From a virus (Duplodnaviria > Heunggongvirae > Uroviricota > Caudoviricetes), in the IMG/VR virus record IMGVR_UViG_3300036819_000070: a stretch of 64,000 bases of DNA. The stretch is one strand, 5' to 3'. Below, piece by piece: positions 17,106-25,619 of this stretch. The translations under genes were made by a program, and so were the position numbers. Position 1 is the first letter of the stretch. The number at the start of each line of letters is the position of its first letter. The notes beneath the pieces are model-generated. The model saw only the letters and a list, made by a program, of their open reading frames with translations, had not been told where the DNA came from and made no database searches.

Positions 17106-17602
17106 TCCTCCGGTGCCACCGGCACTTCCAGGCGCCCAATTGTGTTAGCCCAGGCACCTTCGGCTTCGGCCAACGCTTTGCCCCAACTCACATCCACTGG
17201 TGGGTGTGGTGCGGTACACAGGCCGCATTCGCACTCGTTGACTAATGGCAGCGCGCTATCCTGAACGATTTGCGCGGCGCGGAAAATCTCCACGGCCCGT
17301 TGGTGAATGACATACCGACCGTCGTGACGGAGTTTCCGTGCCAAACCGCACGCGGTGGCGTAGTTGAGGACGTCACCGGACATCGCTTCTAGTGGCACAC
17401 CCAAATGGTGCAGTGCGCACCCCACGATGCATTGTGGTTTCAGTTCACCGTCGATCTCCCAGACGTACACACACGACGTTTGTTTCGGTACCGGTGGTGT
17501 GTACACGTGGGCGGGGCCTTTTTCGGCGACCACGTGCCGCAACGCGTTGATCGCGTCGTCCCCGGTGACCGTCAGGAGCGCTTCGGTCGCGGTGGTCATC
17601 AC
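17102..17602 (-). CDS. hypothetical protein, paralog A
   Basis: Shares ALRHVVAEKGP.HVY.PPV..QTSCVYVWEIDGELKPQCIVGCALH.LGVPLE with 17599..18216. Confidence 0.55.
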   Translation of the reverse strand: MMTTATEALLTVTGDDAINALRHVVAEKGPAHVYTPPVPKQTSCVYVWEIDGELKPQCIVGCALHHLGVPLEAMSGDVLNYATACGLARKLRHDGRYVIHQRAVEIFRAAQIVQDSALPLVNECECGLCTAPHPPVDVSWGKALAEAEGAWANTIGRLEVPVAPEE

Positions 17603-18216
17603 TCACCGGCCGCGTCGGTCGCAGGGGCAGCGTCGGTCGCAGGGGCAGCGTCGGTCGCAGCGTCAGCGTCGGTCGCAGGGGCAGCTGAGTGCGCGGGGTC
17701 AGCTGGTGGTGCCGGCGGCTTGACGGGGTACATCGCGGCCCACTTCTCGGCAGCGAGTAGCGCGACGCCCCACGTGGCTTTGTCGTCACTCGCGTTCGCT
17801 GCGTCGGTGCAGATTGAGCAGGTGCACCCCGTTTTCAGCGCTGAGTCCTGCACGAGCTGAGCGGCCCGGAAGATGTCGACCGCGCGGTTTTCGATGACGT
17901 ACTGCGGTGAGATTTTCGATGCCAACGCCCACGCGTTGATCTCGTTGCAACCTGGCTGTGCCATCACTTCCAGTGGCACACCCAAGTAGTGCAGTGCGCA
18001 GCCCACAATGCACTGCGGCTTGAGTTCACCGTCGATCTCCCAGACGTACACACACGACGTCTGGCCTTTCACTGGCGGCCGGTAAACATGGTCGGGGCCT
18101 TTCTCCGCGACGACGTGACGCAGGGCCTTCAATGCGTCGGAATCGGTGATTGTGAGCACAGGTGTCATGACTTCCTCATTCATTGTCGGAGATACTTTTC
18201 CTTCAGTCCGTGACAA
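17599..18216 (-). CDS. hypothetical protein, paralog B with C-terminal ATDAAP repeats
   Basis: Paralog of 17102..17602; C-terminus encoded by 18-bp tandem repeat. Confidence 0.55.
   Translation of the reverse strand: MSRTEGKVSPTMNEEVMTPVLTITDSDALKALRHVVAEKGPDHVYRPPVKGQTSCVYVWEIDGELKPQCIVGCALHYLGVPLEVMAQPGCNEINAWALASKISPQYVIENRAVDIFRAAQLVQDSALKTGCTCSICTDAANASDDKATWGVALLAAEKWAAMYPVKPPAPPADPAHSAAPATDADAATDAAPATDAAPATDAAGE
17611..17692. repeat. ~4.5 copies of 18-bp tandem repeat GCGTCGGTCGCAGGGGCA
   Basis: Encodes ATDA(A/D)P repeats at the 3' end of gene 17599..18216. Confidence 0.6.
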
Positions 18217-18505
18217 TCAGGTAGTAGTCACGGGGGTCATTGATTCGCGAGCAGGGGGCGCGGTAATAACCCCACCCGACCCGCGCGGCCATGTGGTGCT
18301 CGTGCCGGTCGCCGCAATGGGGGCAGTCCACTACCGCCACCACCCAATGCAATGCGACTTTCGACGGGAATCGCCGATCGGTGATTTGCCCATTGGGATT
18401 AGCCCACCGATAAGGGTCGATTCGGCATTGGACAGTGGGGCAGTCGACGCCCATGTAAGGGTAGGGAATGGTCATGGGCGTAGGACACCCGCTAACGCCG
18501 GCCAT
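18203..18505 (-). CDS. Zn-finger hypothetical protein
   Basis: CPHCGDRHEHH motif; overlaps neighbours at both ends. Confidence 0.4.
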   Translation of the reverse strand: MAGVSGCPTPMTIPYPYMGVDCPTVQCRIDPYRWANPNGQITDRRFPSKVALHWVVAVVDCPHCGDRHEHHMAARVGWGYYRAPCSRINDPRDYYLIVTD

Positions 18506-19083
18506 TTCACGACGGCCATTGGTAGGCCGTGGTGCTTACGCATCGGGACTGGCCAACCCAGGCGCTGCGCGCACATGTGAGCCATCGCCAGGGCCTCGCA
18601 CTCGTGGTGGCGTAGCTCGCTGACGGTGCACCCGATGTTCGGCCACATTTCGTGCATTGCTGCAACGATGTGGCGCTTTTCGACAGGCTTTTTCGCCGAC
18701 CCACCATGGCCGGTGCACCATTTTTTCAGGGTGGTCGGGGCGACCTCCGCGACGGGCGTTTTCAGGCCCAGGATGATGTCAACGACCCACCACCACACAG
18801 CGGAACGATCATGGGAATTGCCGAACTCAGCGGCCAGCGCGGGGGCTTCGATCAGGGCGAGTTCAGCACGCTGCCGAATAATGTCGGCAGCGGATCTACG
18901 CACCAAATCGATGCGCTTATGGCGCTCTGTCAGGGAAACGTCAATGGGCGTGTTGGTGGCAATGACGAAAGTGCGCGCTCGGCAGCCGTCGCCGAGGCGT
19001 TCAATGATCGCGACACCAGTCCGGGAAAGCGCAGAATCCACGCCAATCACGAACGGTGCTAAACGCGATTCAATTGTAGTCAT
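18472..19083 (-). CDS. RuvC-like Holliday junction resolvase
   Basis: Internal Met MTTIESRLAPFVIGVDSALSRTGVAI (catalytic Asp block), KKWCTGHGGSAKKPVEK and HECEALAMA match RuvC motifs; ATGA overlap with upstream gene. Confidence 0.8.
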   Translation of the reverse strand: MTTIESRLAPFVIGVDSALSRTGVAIIERLGDGCRARTFVIATNTPIDVSLTERHKRIDLVRRSAADIIRQRAELALIEAPALAAEFGNSHDRSAVWWWVVDIILGLKTPVAEVAPTTLKKWCTGHGGSAKKPVEKRHIVAAMHEMWPNIGCTVSELRHHECEALAMAHMCAQRLGWPVPMRKHHGLPMAVVKWPALAGVLRP

Positions 19084-19340
19084 TGGGTCGGAACCCAACG
19101 CTGCACTGCCGAATACAAACCGCGACCACGCATCGCTGCACAGCCATGCAAACAATTGACCATCGCAAATGCGATGTCCACATCGGTTGCGTTCCCCGGA
19201 AGCGTAACAGACGCCGAACGGGTCGTTCCGTCGCCCTCGATCAACGACAGCCGAACCTCCATCACCGGAGCCGATTCGGTGTCGACGGCGGTCACCGCTA
19301 ATCCCGGCGGTTCGAGGCTGGTGATTACCGCACTCGTCAT
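19080..19340 (-). CDS. hypothetical protein
   Basis: 86-aa ORF coupled (ATGA) to the RuvC-like gene. Confidence 0.4.
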   Translation of the reverse strand: MTSAVITSLEPPGLAVTAVDTESAPVMEVRLSLIEGDGTTRSASVTLPGNATDVDIAFAMVNCLHGCAAMRGRGLYSAVQRWVPTQ

Positions 19341-19519
19341 TTGCTGACCCCTTCCAAGGTGACGTGCCGAAGCCGAGCGAAATGCGCCGGGACATGCTCT
19401 AGCAATTCCTTGGTCGCTTTGTTAACGCACCGTTCACCAGTCAGCGCGTGGCAATAACCGCACGGCTCAGGCAATGCCATCGCCTCGGCTCGTTGCCGCT
19501 CGAACTCCAGATCCTTCAT
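19337..19519 (-). CDS. small Cys-containing hypothetical protein
   Basis: 60-aa ORF, CGYCHALTGERC. Confidence 0.35.
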   Translation of the reverse strand: MKDLEFERQRAEAMALPEPCGYCHALTGERCVNKATKELLEHVPAHFARLRHVTLEGVSK

Positions 19520-19750
19520 TCCGTCAGTCCTTTTTTTTTGCGCGCGCGCGTTCAGTACTTACTGATTACTTGAGTTCCGAAAAAAACCACGGACTAAAAT
19601 TGATCAGCTCTTTCCGTAGGCAACCCCCTGAGCGCAGCGAAGGGGGGCGGCAGCGGTTTGGGTTGATCTTGAGCAGAACCGAGCGCAGCGAAGGTTCTGT
19701 TTGGGTTCGGGTCGGGGGGCCCGTGAGCCATGGTGCTACTTACGCGTGAG
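19520..19750. promoter_or_regulatory. AT-richer intergenic region with T9, (GC)5, A7 runs and direct repeats GAGCGCAGCGAAGG..GTTTGGGTT x2 (promoter/origin candidate)
   Basis: Directly downstream of the replisome-organizer-like gene; inverted repeat GCGTGA-G-TCACGC spans its stop; 13-bp palindrome GTCACGGCGTGAC at 19772-19784. Confidence 0.35.
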
Positions 19751-20170
19751 TCACGCATCAGTCACACCATTGTCACGGCGTGACGATCCATGTTGACGTG
19801 CGCGGCGCTGGCGGGATGCGGCTCCCGCTCGTTCAATTAGGACGCGTTCCGCAGTTGGATTGTAGGCACTGTAATCATGCATGACCCATCCCCCGTCGCC
19901 CGGTACCCAGAGCCCCGCGCGCTCCAGTCGAACGGCCAAAGATGGTGTTCCATAAAGCGCTGCCAAATCAGCTGGAACGAATCCGTCGGTGAGGTGTTGG
20001 GCGCAGTAGGAACCGCACCTGGTCCACAGTCCGATGGCCGCGTTGCCCGCTTGCAGGGTCTTAGGATGCGAGTGGAAACTGTCGTCGATCTTGAACCATG
20101 TCACCTCGCGATACCTTCCCCCTGAGCCGGCGTCACTGACTCGACATTCAATTGTTTCCATGATCCACAA
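19751..20170 (-). CDS. replisome-organizer N-terminal-domain-like protein
   Basis: TWFKIDDSFHSHPK...AIGLW...DGFVP pattern resembles phage replisome organizer N-domain (WFKl..df..hpK). Confidence 0.45.
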   Translation of the reverse strand: MWIMETIECRVSDAGSGGRYREVTWFKIDDSFHSHPKTLQAGNAAIGLWTRCGSYCAQHLTDGFVPADLAALYGTPSLAVRLERAGLWVPGDGGWVMHDYSAYNPTAERVLIERAGAASRQRRARQHGSSRRDNGVTDA

Positions 20171-20180
20171 CCGTGATCAT

Positions 20181-20423
20181 TTAGGCGTCCCCTTGGTCGT
20201 TCCACGCGAGCAACTGAGACGGGCTGACGTCATCCGGTACCAACCCGGCTAATGTCAACAACAACGCGGTCACCCAGTACGGATGATTACCAGCGGCTTC
20301 GCGAGCGCTCGCGATTGCTTCGGTAATCGCTTTCGAATCACCTTCCCGGACAGCGCCCACTAGCCTTAATGCACTCGGCAAAACGCAATCACCGAGGTCA
20401 TGTCCTGTGCTAGTGGGCGCCAT
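20181..20423 (-). CDS. hypothetical protein
   Basis: 80-aa ORF. Confidence 0.4.
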   Translation of the reverse strand: MAPTSTGHDLGDCVLPSALRLVGAVREGDSKAITEAIASAREAAGNHPYWVTALLLTLAGLVPDDVSPSQLLAWNDQGDA

Positions 20424-20441
20424 ACCGGGCCTTTTCCTAGG

Positions 20442-20861
20442 TCACGCAGCGGCTTCGCGGACCATTTCGGTGAACTCCTCGAACCGCTCGTACCGACGTT
20501 TGAACGCCAACCACTCGCGCCTCATGGCGTTGAGCAGCATCCGTCGTTTGAACGGGTCCTCAGCAATGACGTGAGCCGGTTCGTACACCCAACCGCGTGG
20601 GTTTGGTAGCGCATGGAACGCAGCGACGGACCGCTCATCGCTGTCCTCGTCGGCCTCCTTATAGGAGACTCGCGCGGTGCGGATCAGCTGCCCTGCCTGC
20701 TCTAGTCGCCACGATTGACCAGCAGTGCGGTCATCCCAGTCGAATCGGTGGTGCAATGGGTGGGATTCATCCTGCGCGATCTCGACTACCAGCTTGCGAG
20801 TCAGGATCCCATTGTCATCGTAGATTCCCTGCAAGATTTCGCGGACGTTGTCCGTGTTCAC
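20442..20861 (-). CDS. hypothetical protein
   Basis: 139-aa ORF. Confidence 0.5.
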   Translation of the reverse strand: MNTDNVREILQGIYDDNGILTRKLVVEIAQDESHPLHHRFDWDDRTAGQSWRLEQAGQLIRTARVSYKEADEDSDERSVAAFHALPNPRGWVYEPAHVIAEDPFKRRMLLNAMRREWLAFKRRYERFEEFTEMVREAAA

Positions 20862-20982
20862 GTTTTCCCTCCTTCACCTGTTGTGCCTGCCGCGCCGCAC
20901 CCAACCGGAATCTGCCGGGCCCAGCCCTTCCGTGCCATGACTGCCTTGCCCAGTCGCGCCTACTGCCGCGCACTCAATTGAC

Positions 20983-21596
20983 TTATTTCACGAATTGGAC
21001 GTCGCGGGTCGTATCGATTTGATACGTGCCGAATGCGCCGTCCTTTTCGGGCCGCCATTCACCGACACCGACACCCATTCCGCCGGCCTCGACCAGAGAC
21101 AAAACGGAGTCGCTGGTCAACGCGCTCGTGACGTAGCGGATGGTCAGAGTGGTCGACCATTCCGGGAACTCGGGCCGGTACCGGAGGTCAGCGCCACCGC
21201 GCCCCACGCGCACCACGTCTTCCCGCATCCGTGGCTCGCCTTCGATGCGGGAATAGGCCTGCTCGTCACCGTCGCCGGGCTCACCATGGAAAAACATGTA
21301 TTGCTTGCAAGCGGTCATGGTCAAGCCGGAGTAGAATCGCACACCGCCGACGGTGGCGGCTTTGAATGCGATAGCTGGCATGCCGTAACCCTCACCGCCC
21401 TTGAGGCGGTAGATCGCAGCTCGGTACTCAGCCTCAGGGTCCTTGTTTTCCTTCTGAGATTTCCGGCCCTGCATGTTGTCGAGCATCATCCGCTTCGCTT
21501 TCTCAGAGAAGCGGTTCATGATGAGCGGCGCGGTGCCGATGATGGGTACCATCATCAGCTGGGTACCGATCTTTTCAATGTGGATCTGGTCGCTCA
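20983..21596 (-). CDS. hypothetical protein (204 aa)
   Basis: Real start judged at MSDQIHIEKIG; the upstream 295 codons of ORF 20983..22482 are the pentanucleotide array, open in all six frames. Confidence 0.55.
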
Positions 21597-21664
21597 TTGT
21601 GTGTCCCCTCGTATGTGTGCCTGTTGTCGGAGTTGTGGTGCGCCGGCAAAAATCGCCGGTACAT

Positions 21665-22926
21665 TTGCCGTGCCTGCCTCGCCTTGCCCCGCCATGCCTG
21701 GCGTCGCCGGGCCTGCCGTGCCGTGCAGTGCGATGCCCGGCGTTGCCGTGCCGGGCCTGCCGTGCCGTGCCAGTGCCCTGCCGCGCCGTCATGCCGCTCG
21801 GCGCCTGCCTTGACCTGCCACGCCCTGCCACGCCCCGCCGAGCCACGCCTAGCCGCGACCAGCCCTGCGATGCCTGCCCAGCCGTGCCCGGCCGTGCTGT
21901 GCGTGCCGTGCCTGCCTTGCCGTGCCATGCCCCACCGACCTGAGCCGCGCCGTGGCTGCCAAGCCGTGCCGAGCCGTTCCACGCGTTGCCGAGCTGCGCC
22001 TGCCTTGCCGTGCCGTGCCACGACCAGCCTTTTCGTGCCACGTGTTGCCGCGCCTGCCCCGCCGAGCCGCACCCAGCTGCGACAAACCGCACCCAGCCGC
22101 GCCTGCCACGCCTAGCCGTGCCGAACCCCGCCCCGCCCAGCGGTGCCTGCCCTGCCGGGCCCGGCCGTGCCTTGCCGGGACGCGACGAACCACGCCCGGC
22201 CTGCCGTGCCACACCGAGCCCTGCCGTCCGCGCCATGCCGAACCACGCCTGCCCTGCCGTGCCTAGCCGGGCCCCAGCCCTGCGATGCCCCGCCCAACCT
22301 CGCCGTGCCTGCCTTGCCGAGCCCCGCCCAGCCGCGCCACACCGGGCGCTACCTGGCCGTGCCCTGCCTGCCATGCCGTGCGTTGCCCCACCAGGCCCAG
22401 CCGCGCCGCGCCTGCCACGCCCAGCCGCGCCGCGCCTAGCCACTCGCAACCAGGCCGGTGCCGTGCCTGCCGTGCCATGCATTGCCCAGCCCTGCGACGC
22501 CTGCCAGCCGTGCCACGCCTAGCCGGACCACGCCTGGCCACGGCCACGCCTGCCACGCCACGCCCTGCCGTACGCGCCCAGCTGCGCCTAGCCGCGCCTG
22601 CCCTGCCGAGCCGAACCGTCGAAACCAAGCCGTGCCCTGCCACACCTGCCGGGCCACGCCCTGCCGGGCCATGCCCTCCCATGGCTGGCCTGCCCTGCCG
22701 AGCCGAGCGGGGCCACACCCGGCCGTGCGATGCCTGCCGCGCCGCGTCTCGCCACCGGTGCCATGCCCGTGCCGGACCTGCCGCGCCATGCCGCGCGTTG
22801 CCCTGCCGTGCGATGCCCGGCCGCGCCTGCCGTGCCCCGCCACGCCAAACCCCGCCTCGCCAAACCGCGCCCTGCCGTTCCTGGCCGTGCCTGCCACGCC
22901 ACGCCGTGCCTGGCCACACCTGCCGA
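21665..22926. repeat. 1.26-kb degenerate pentanucleotide array (GCCNN)n on + strand / (GGCAN)n on - strand, ~250 units
   Basis: GCC or TGCC recurs every 5 nt with occasional 1-nt phase slips; all six frames open (ORFs 20983..22482, 22263..22919, 21597..22115 etc. show 5-aa periodic nonsense peptides). Confidence 0.85.
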
Positions 22927-22929
22927 GAA

Positions 22930-23247
22930 TCAGTCGTCGGTTTCGTCGTTTACTGAAAACAAATTGGGGGCGCCTTCGGGCTTAAAAGGACCACCCTGTG
23001 CCGCCACATCTATAACGGTCATTGTTGCGGTGCGTCGCAACTCACCATCTTTCATTCGCTGGACACCGCGGCCTGTGCAAATTGCTTCGACAATGAATGA
23101 CTGACGGTCGTCAATGTTCGGCGGTGCGGTTACCTCATCGAGTGACATCCCAGTGAACTTGATTCGCGCGGCTTCCAAGCCCGCGAGCGGTTCCTGCTGC
23201 TCCATAATCTCAGCGGCGGTATTCATGGGTGATTCTCCTTTGGTCAT
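22930..23247 (-). CDS. hypothetical protein
   Basis: 105-aa ORF immediately right of the array. Confidence 0.5.
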   Translation of the reverse strand: MTKGESPMNTAAEIMEQQEPLAGLEAARIKFTGMSLDEVTAPPNIDDRQSFIVEAICTGRGVQRMKDGELRRTATMTVIDVAAQGGPFKPEGAPNLFSVNDETDD

Positions 23248-23516
23248 TTGGTGGTCGCATTCTCAGAGATCGTGGAAGCGTCGGCGGGGGCTTTCACGGG
23301 GGCGGGGATAGCGTCAGCGAATACCTTCATCAGTTCCCTGACAGCCCCGTCCGAGAAAGACAGTGTGATCAACGCGATGAGCGCTTCGCTGTCCTGTTCG
23401 GTTCGTAACGCCATTGCGGCCTTGACCGCTTCCGCTGCTAGACCTTCCAGTCCTTTGGCGTAGCGTTCACGTTCCCGCGCATTGAGGTCGGTGGTGATGA
23501 GGTGTGGCTTAGCCAT
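23244..23516 (-). CDS. hypothetical protein
   Basis: Internal Met MAKPHLITTDLN; upstream part of ORF 23244..23759 is Arg-rich. Confidence 0.45.
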   Translation of the reverse strand: MAKPHLITTDLNARERERYAKGLEGLAAEAVKAAMALRTEQDSEALIALITLSFSDGAVRELMKVFADAIPAPVKAPADASTISENATTK

Positions 23517-23551
23517 GGCGGTTCCTTCTCTTTCGCGCTGGATGAGGGTGT

Positions 23552-24199
23552 TCATTTGGTCGCGTCGGCGCGCTGCTGGTCGGTGAATACGGCTTCCTGG
23601 CCGGATGCGGCTACGGCGACGTAGGAACTCAGTGAGCTGGTCGCTGAGCGGGTACCGGAATCGGTGGCGGCGTAGGTCATTGTTTGGCCCGACCTGACCC
23701 CTAGGGACGCGCCGACCGCGATGGCGTCTTGGTTGGCGCCGAGGTACACAACCTGCCAACCGAACTCGCGTTCGTGGCGTTGCACCATCGCTTTGATCTC
23801 AGGAAAGGTGTGCTCGTGTGACGCATTTTCTTTCCCGTCCGTCATGATCGCAAGGATCACCGTGCCGGGGCGCTGGTGTTCGGGAAGCGCCGCGAGTTCC
23901 GCACCGAACTCGGCAATGGAACGGCCCATCGCGTCGAGTAGCGCGGTGCTACCGCGTGGGCTCAGCTGAAACGGTGGGATGCTCGCCGGGTCGGTGGACT
24001 CGCACACCGTCTGGTAGCCGTCGTAGTGCGGGTAGGAGTCACTATCGAACTGGGCTATCCGGATGGTGCGCCGGCCGTCGGCGTTCACCTGGTCCTTGAT
24101 GAATCCGTTGATGCCCTCCTCAGCGGCTTCACGGATCAAGTCCATGGAACCGCTACGGTCGATTAACAGCATGATCGCCGCGTAATTCGGGTCTGTCAT
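23552..24199 (-). CDS. von Willebrand factor A (vWA) domain protein
   Basis: MLLIDRSGSMD MIDAS-type motif; GGAGGGAAACAA RBS; ATGA overlap with RecT stop. Confidence 0.65.
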   Translation of the reverse strand: MTDPNYAAIMLLIDRSGSMDLIREAAEEGINGFIKDQVNADGRRTIRIAQFDSDSYPHYDGYQTVCESTDPASIPPFQLSPRGSTALLDAMGRSIAEFGAELAALPEHQRPGTVILAIMTDGKENASHEHTFPEIKAMVQRHEREFGWQVVYLGANQDAIAVGASLGVRSGQTMTYAATDSGTRSATSSLSSYVAVAASGQEAVFTDQQRADATK

Positions 24200-25329
24200 T
24201 TGTTTCCCTCCGTGGAAGCGAGGTCGGCCAGGGTGTGCGTCAAAGTGCCACCGTCTTTGCACCGTTGTAGGAAGTCGTTGATCGTGTCGACGTCGCTCGC
24301 GGTGAGCTGGTCGAATGACGTCACTGGCTCAGCGGGTGGCCGGTTAAGAATCCGGCCGGCTATGCGCAATCGCACCTCACGGTCGGATCCGTTGACTCCA
24401 CCGTCGCGCAGCAATGCGAATAAGCGGTTTGTCTGCGACTTCTCAGGGGCGGCAGGTTCGGCACCGCCGCTCTCATCGACCACGCACGCATTGACCTTGA
24501 CCTGTTCAGCTGAGGCTTTCTCGGTTGCGGCTTTGACGCGTGCGCCAGCCGAGGCGATGCGATCGAGTAGGGGCACGTCGTTGGGCCGCAGGCCCCGCGC
24601 GAGATCCCAAATCTTTTTCAGCTCGGGACGGTCGTTGCGTCCTTCGGCGTCTTTGATCAGCGCATCCCAGTCGGGTTCAGCGGGTCGTTCCCGTTCGGAT
24701 TCGATGATCGTGGGTTGTGGGTTGTTCAGGTGTTCCATTTCGTCGTCTGTGTAAATGTTGGACAGGTCTTGCGGGAACAGCCGGCGGCGAGCGAGGGCCT
24801 CAGCGCATTTCGCGAGCTGCCCGGCGGCTTTCGTCTTCCACATTTTCGTGGGTTCGCCGTCGTATTTGGTTTGGACGTATTCGCGGTAGTGCGCGATGGC
24901 ACGGACGGGGTAGGTGTGGTCTTTGCGTTTGACGGTGAATCGGGCGGCGACGGGTGGGTTGTCGTCATCGGCCCACATTTCTTTCCACACGCCGTCGGGG
25001 CCGCACCATTCAGCGGCGGGGTCGCCTTCCCCGTCGTAGCGCTTATCCCTTTCGCAGAACAGTCTGAATCCGTCGATGCCAGTCTGGATCGTCCATTTTT
25101 TTCCGGTGGGTGAGTCCCGGTCGTTGCGGGCGATGAGGTAAATCTGTCGGGCGAAGGGATCCAAACCGACGCGTTGCGCGACGTGCAAAAAGACTTGCTG
25201 GTCGCCGGGGGGTGCGTCAGCGATTCCGATCTGGTCGAGCGCGGCGCGCTGCGCTGGTGTCCAGTCGATTTGGTCACCGCGCAGCGCCAGGGTGCCGCTG
25301 GAGGTGGTGGCCAGTTCTGTTCCGGTCAC
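24196..25329 (-). CDS. recT: RecT-family ssDNA-annealing protein
   Basis: LHVAQRVGLDPFARQIYLI and following blocks resemble the RecT family; adjacent YqaJ-like exonuclease. Confidence 0.75.
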   Translation of the reverse strand: MTGTELATTSSGTLALRGDQIDWTPAQRAALDQIGIADAPPGDQQVFLHVAQRVGLDPFARQIYLIARNDRDSPTGKKWTIQTGIDGFRLFCERDKRYDGEGDPAAEWCGPDGVWKEMWADDDNPPVAARFTVKRKDHTYPVRAIAHYREYVQTKYDGEPTKMWKTKAAGQLAKCAEALARRRLFPQDLSNIYTDDEMEHLNNPQPTIIESERERPAEPDWDALIKDAEGRNDRPELKKIWDLARGLRPNDVPLLDRIASAGARVKAATEKASAEQVKVNACVVDESGGAEPAAPEKSQTNRLFALLRDGGVNGSDREVRLRIAGRILNRPPAEPVTSFDQLTASDVDTINDFLQRCKDGGTLTHTLADLASTEGNK

Positions 25330-25619
25330 GCGACACGCTCATATGACTGTGCGTGCATGTCGGCGGTCACGGGGTAGGGGTCACCGTCGGCGTCTAACGC
25401 GATGTATCCGTGCCATCCTTCGGGCACTTTGTATTCGCCTTCTTTGGTGGCCACGGTGAACGGGCCACTGACAGGCGCCATGCGGGTGGTGCCGACCTTG
25501 CGGTATTCGGCCCAGCCAACGGGGGGCAGGTTGTCTTTGTCGTAGTCGCTCACGCCTGTTCCCAACCTTTCACGATATGAATCCGGCGTGAGCTGCTGCG
25601 CCGAATGTAGGCATCCCAA
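25326..25619 (-). CDS. hypothetical protein
   Basis: 97-aa ORF between exonuclease and RecT; 5' end overlaps exonuclease 3' end by ~70 nt. Confidence 0.35.
   Translation of the reverse strand: MGCLHSAQQLTPDSYRERLGTGVSDYDKDNLPPVGWAEYRKVGTTRMAPVSGPFTVATKEGEYKVPEGWHGYIALDADGDPYPVTADMHAQSYERVA

Noticed and set aside
21665-22926. CRISPR array
   Set aside because: The repeat unit is 5 nt and degenerate. There are no 28-37-bp repeats separated by unique spacers, and no cas genes.
20983-22985. Long ORFs through the pentanucleotide array (e.g. 20983..22482 499 aa, 22263..22919, 21597..22115, 22285..22956, 22458..22985)
   Set aside because: All six frames are open because of repeat composition. The translations are 5-aa-periodic Pro/Ala/Arg/Cys nonsense with no codon-position bias. 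The real upstream gene starts at MSDQIHIEK (21596).
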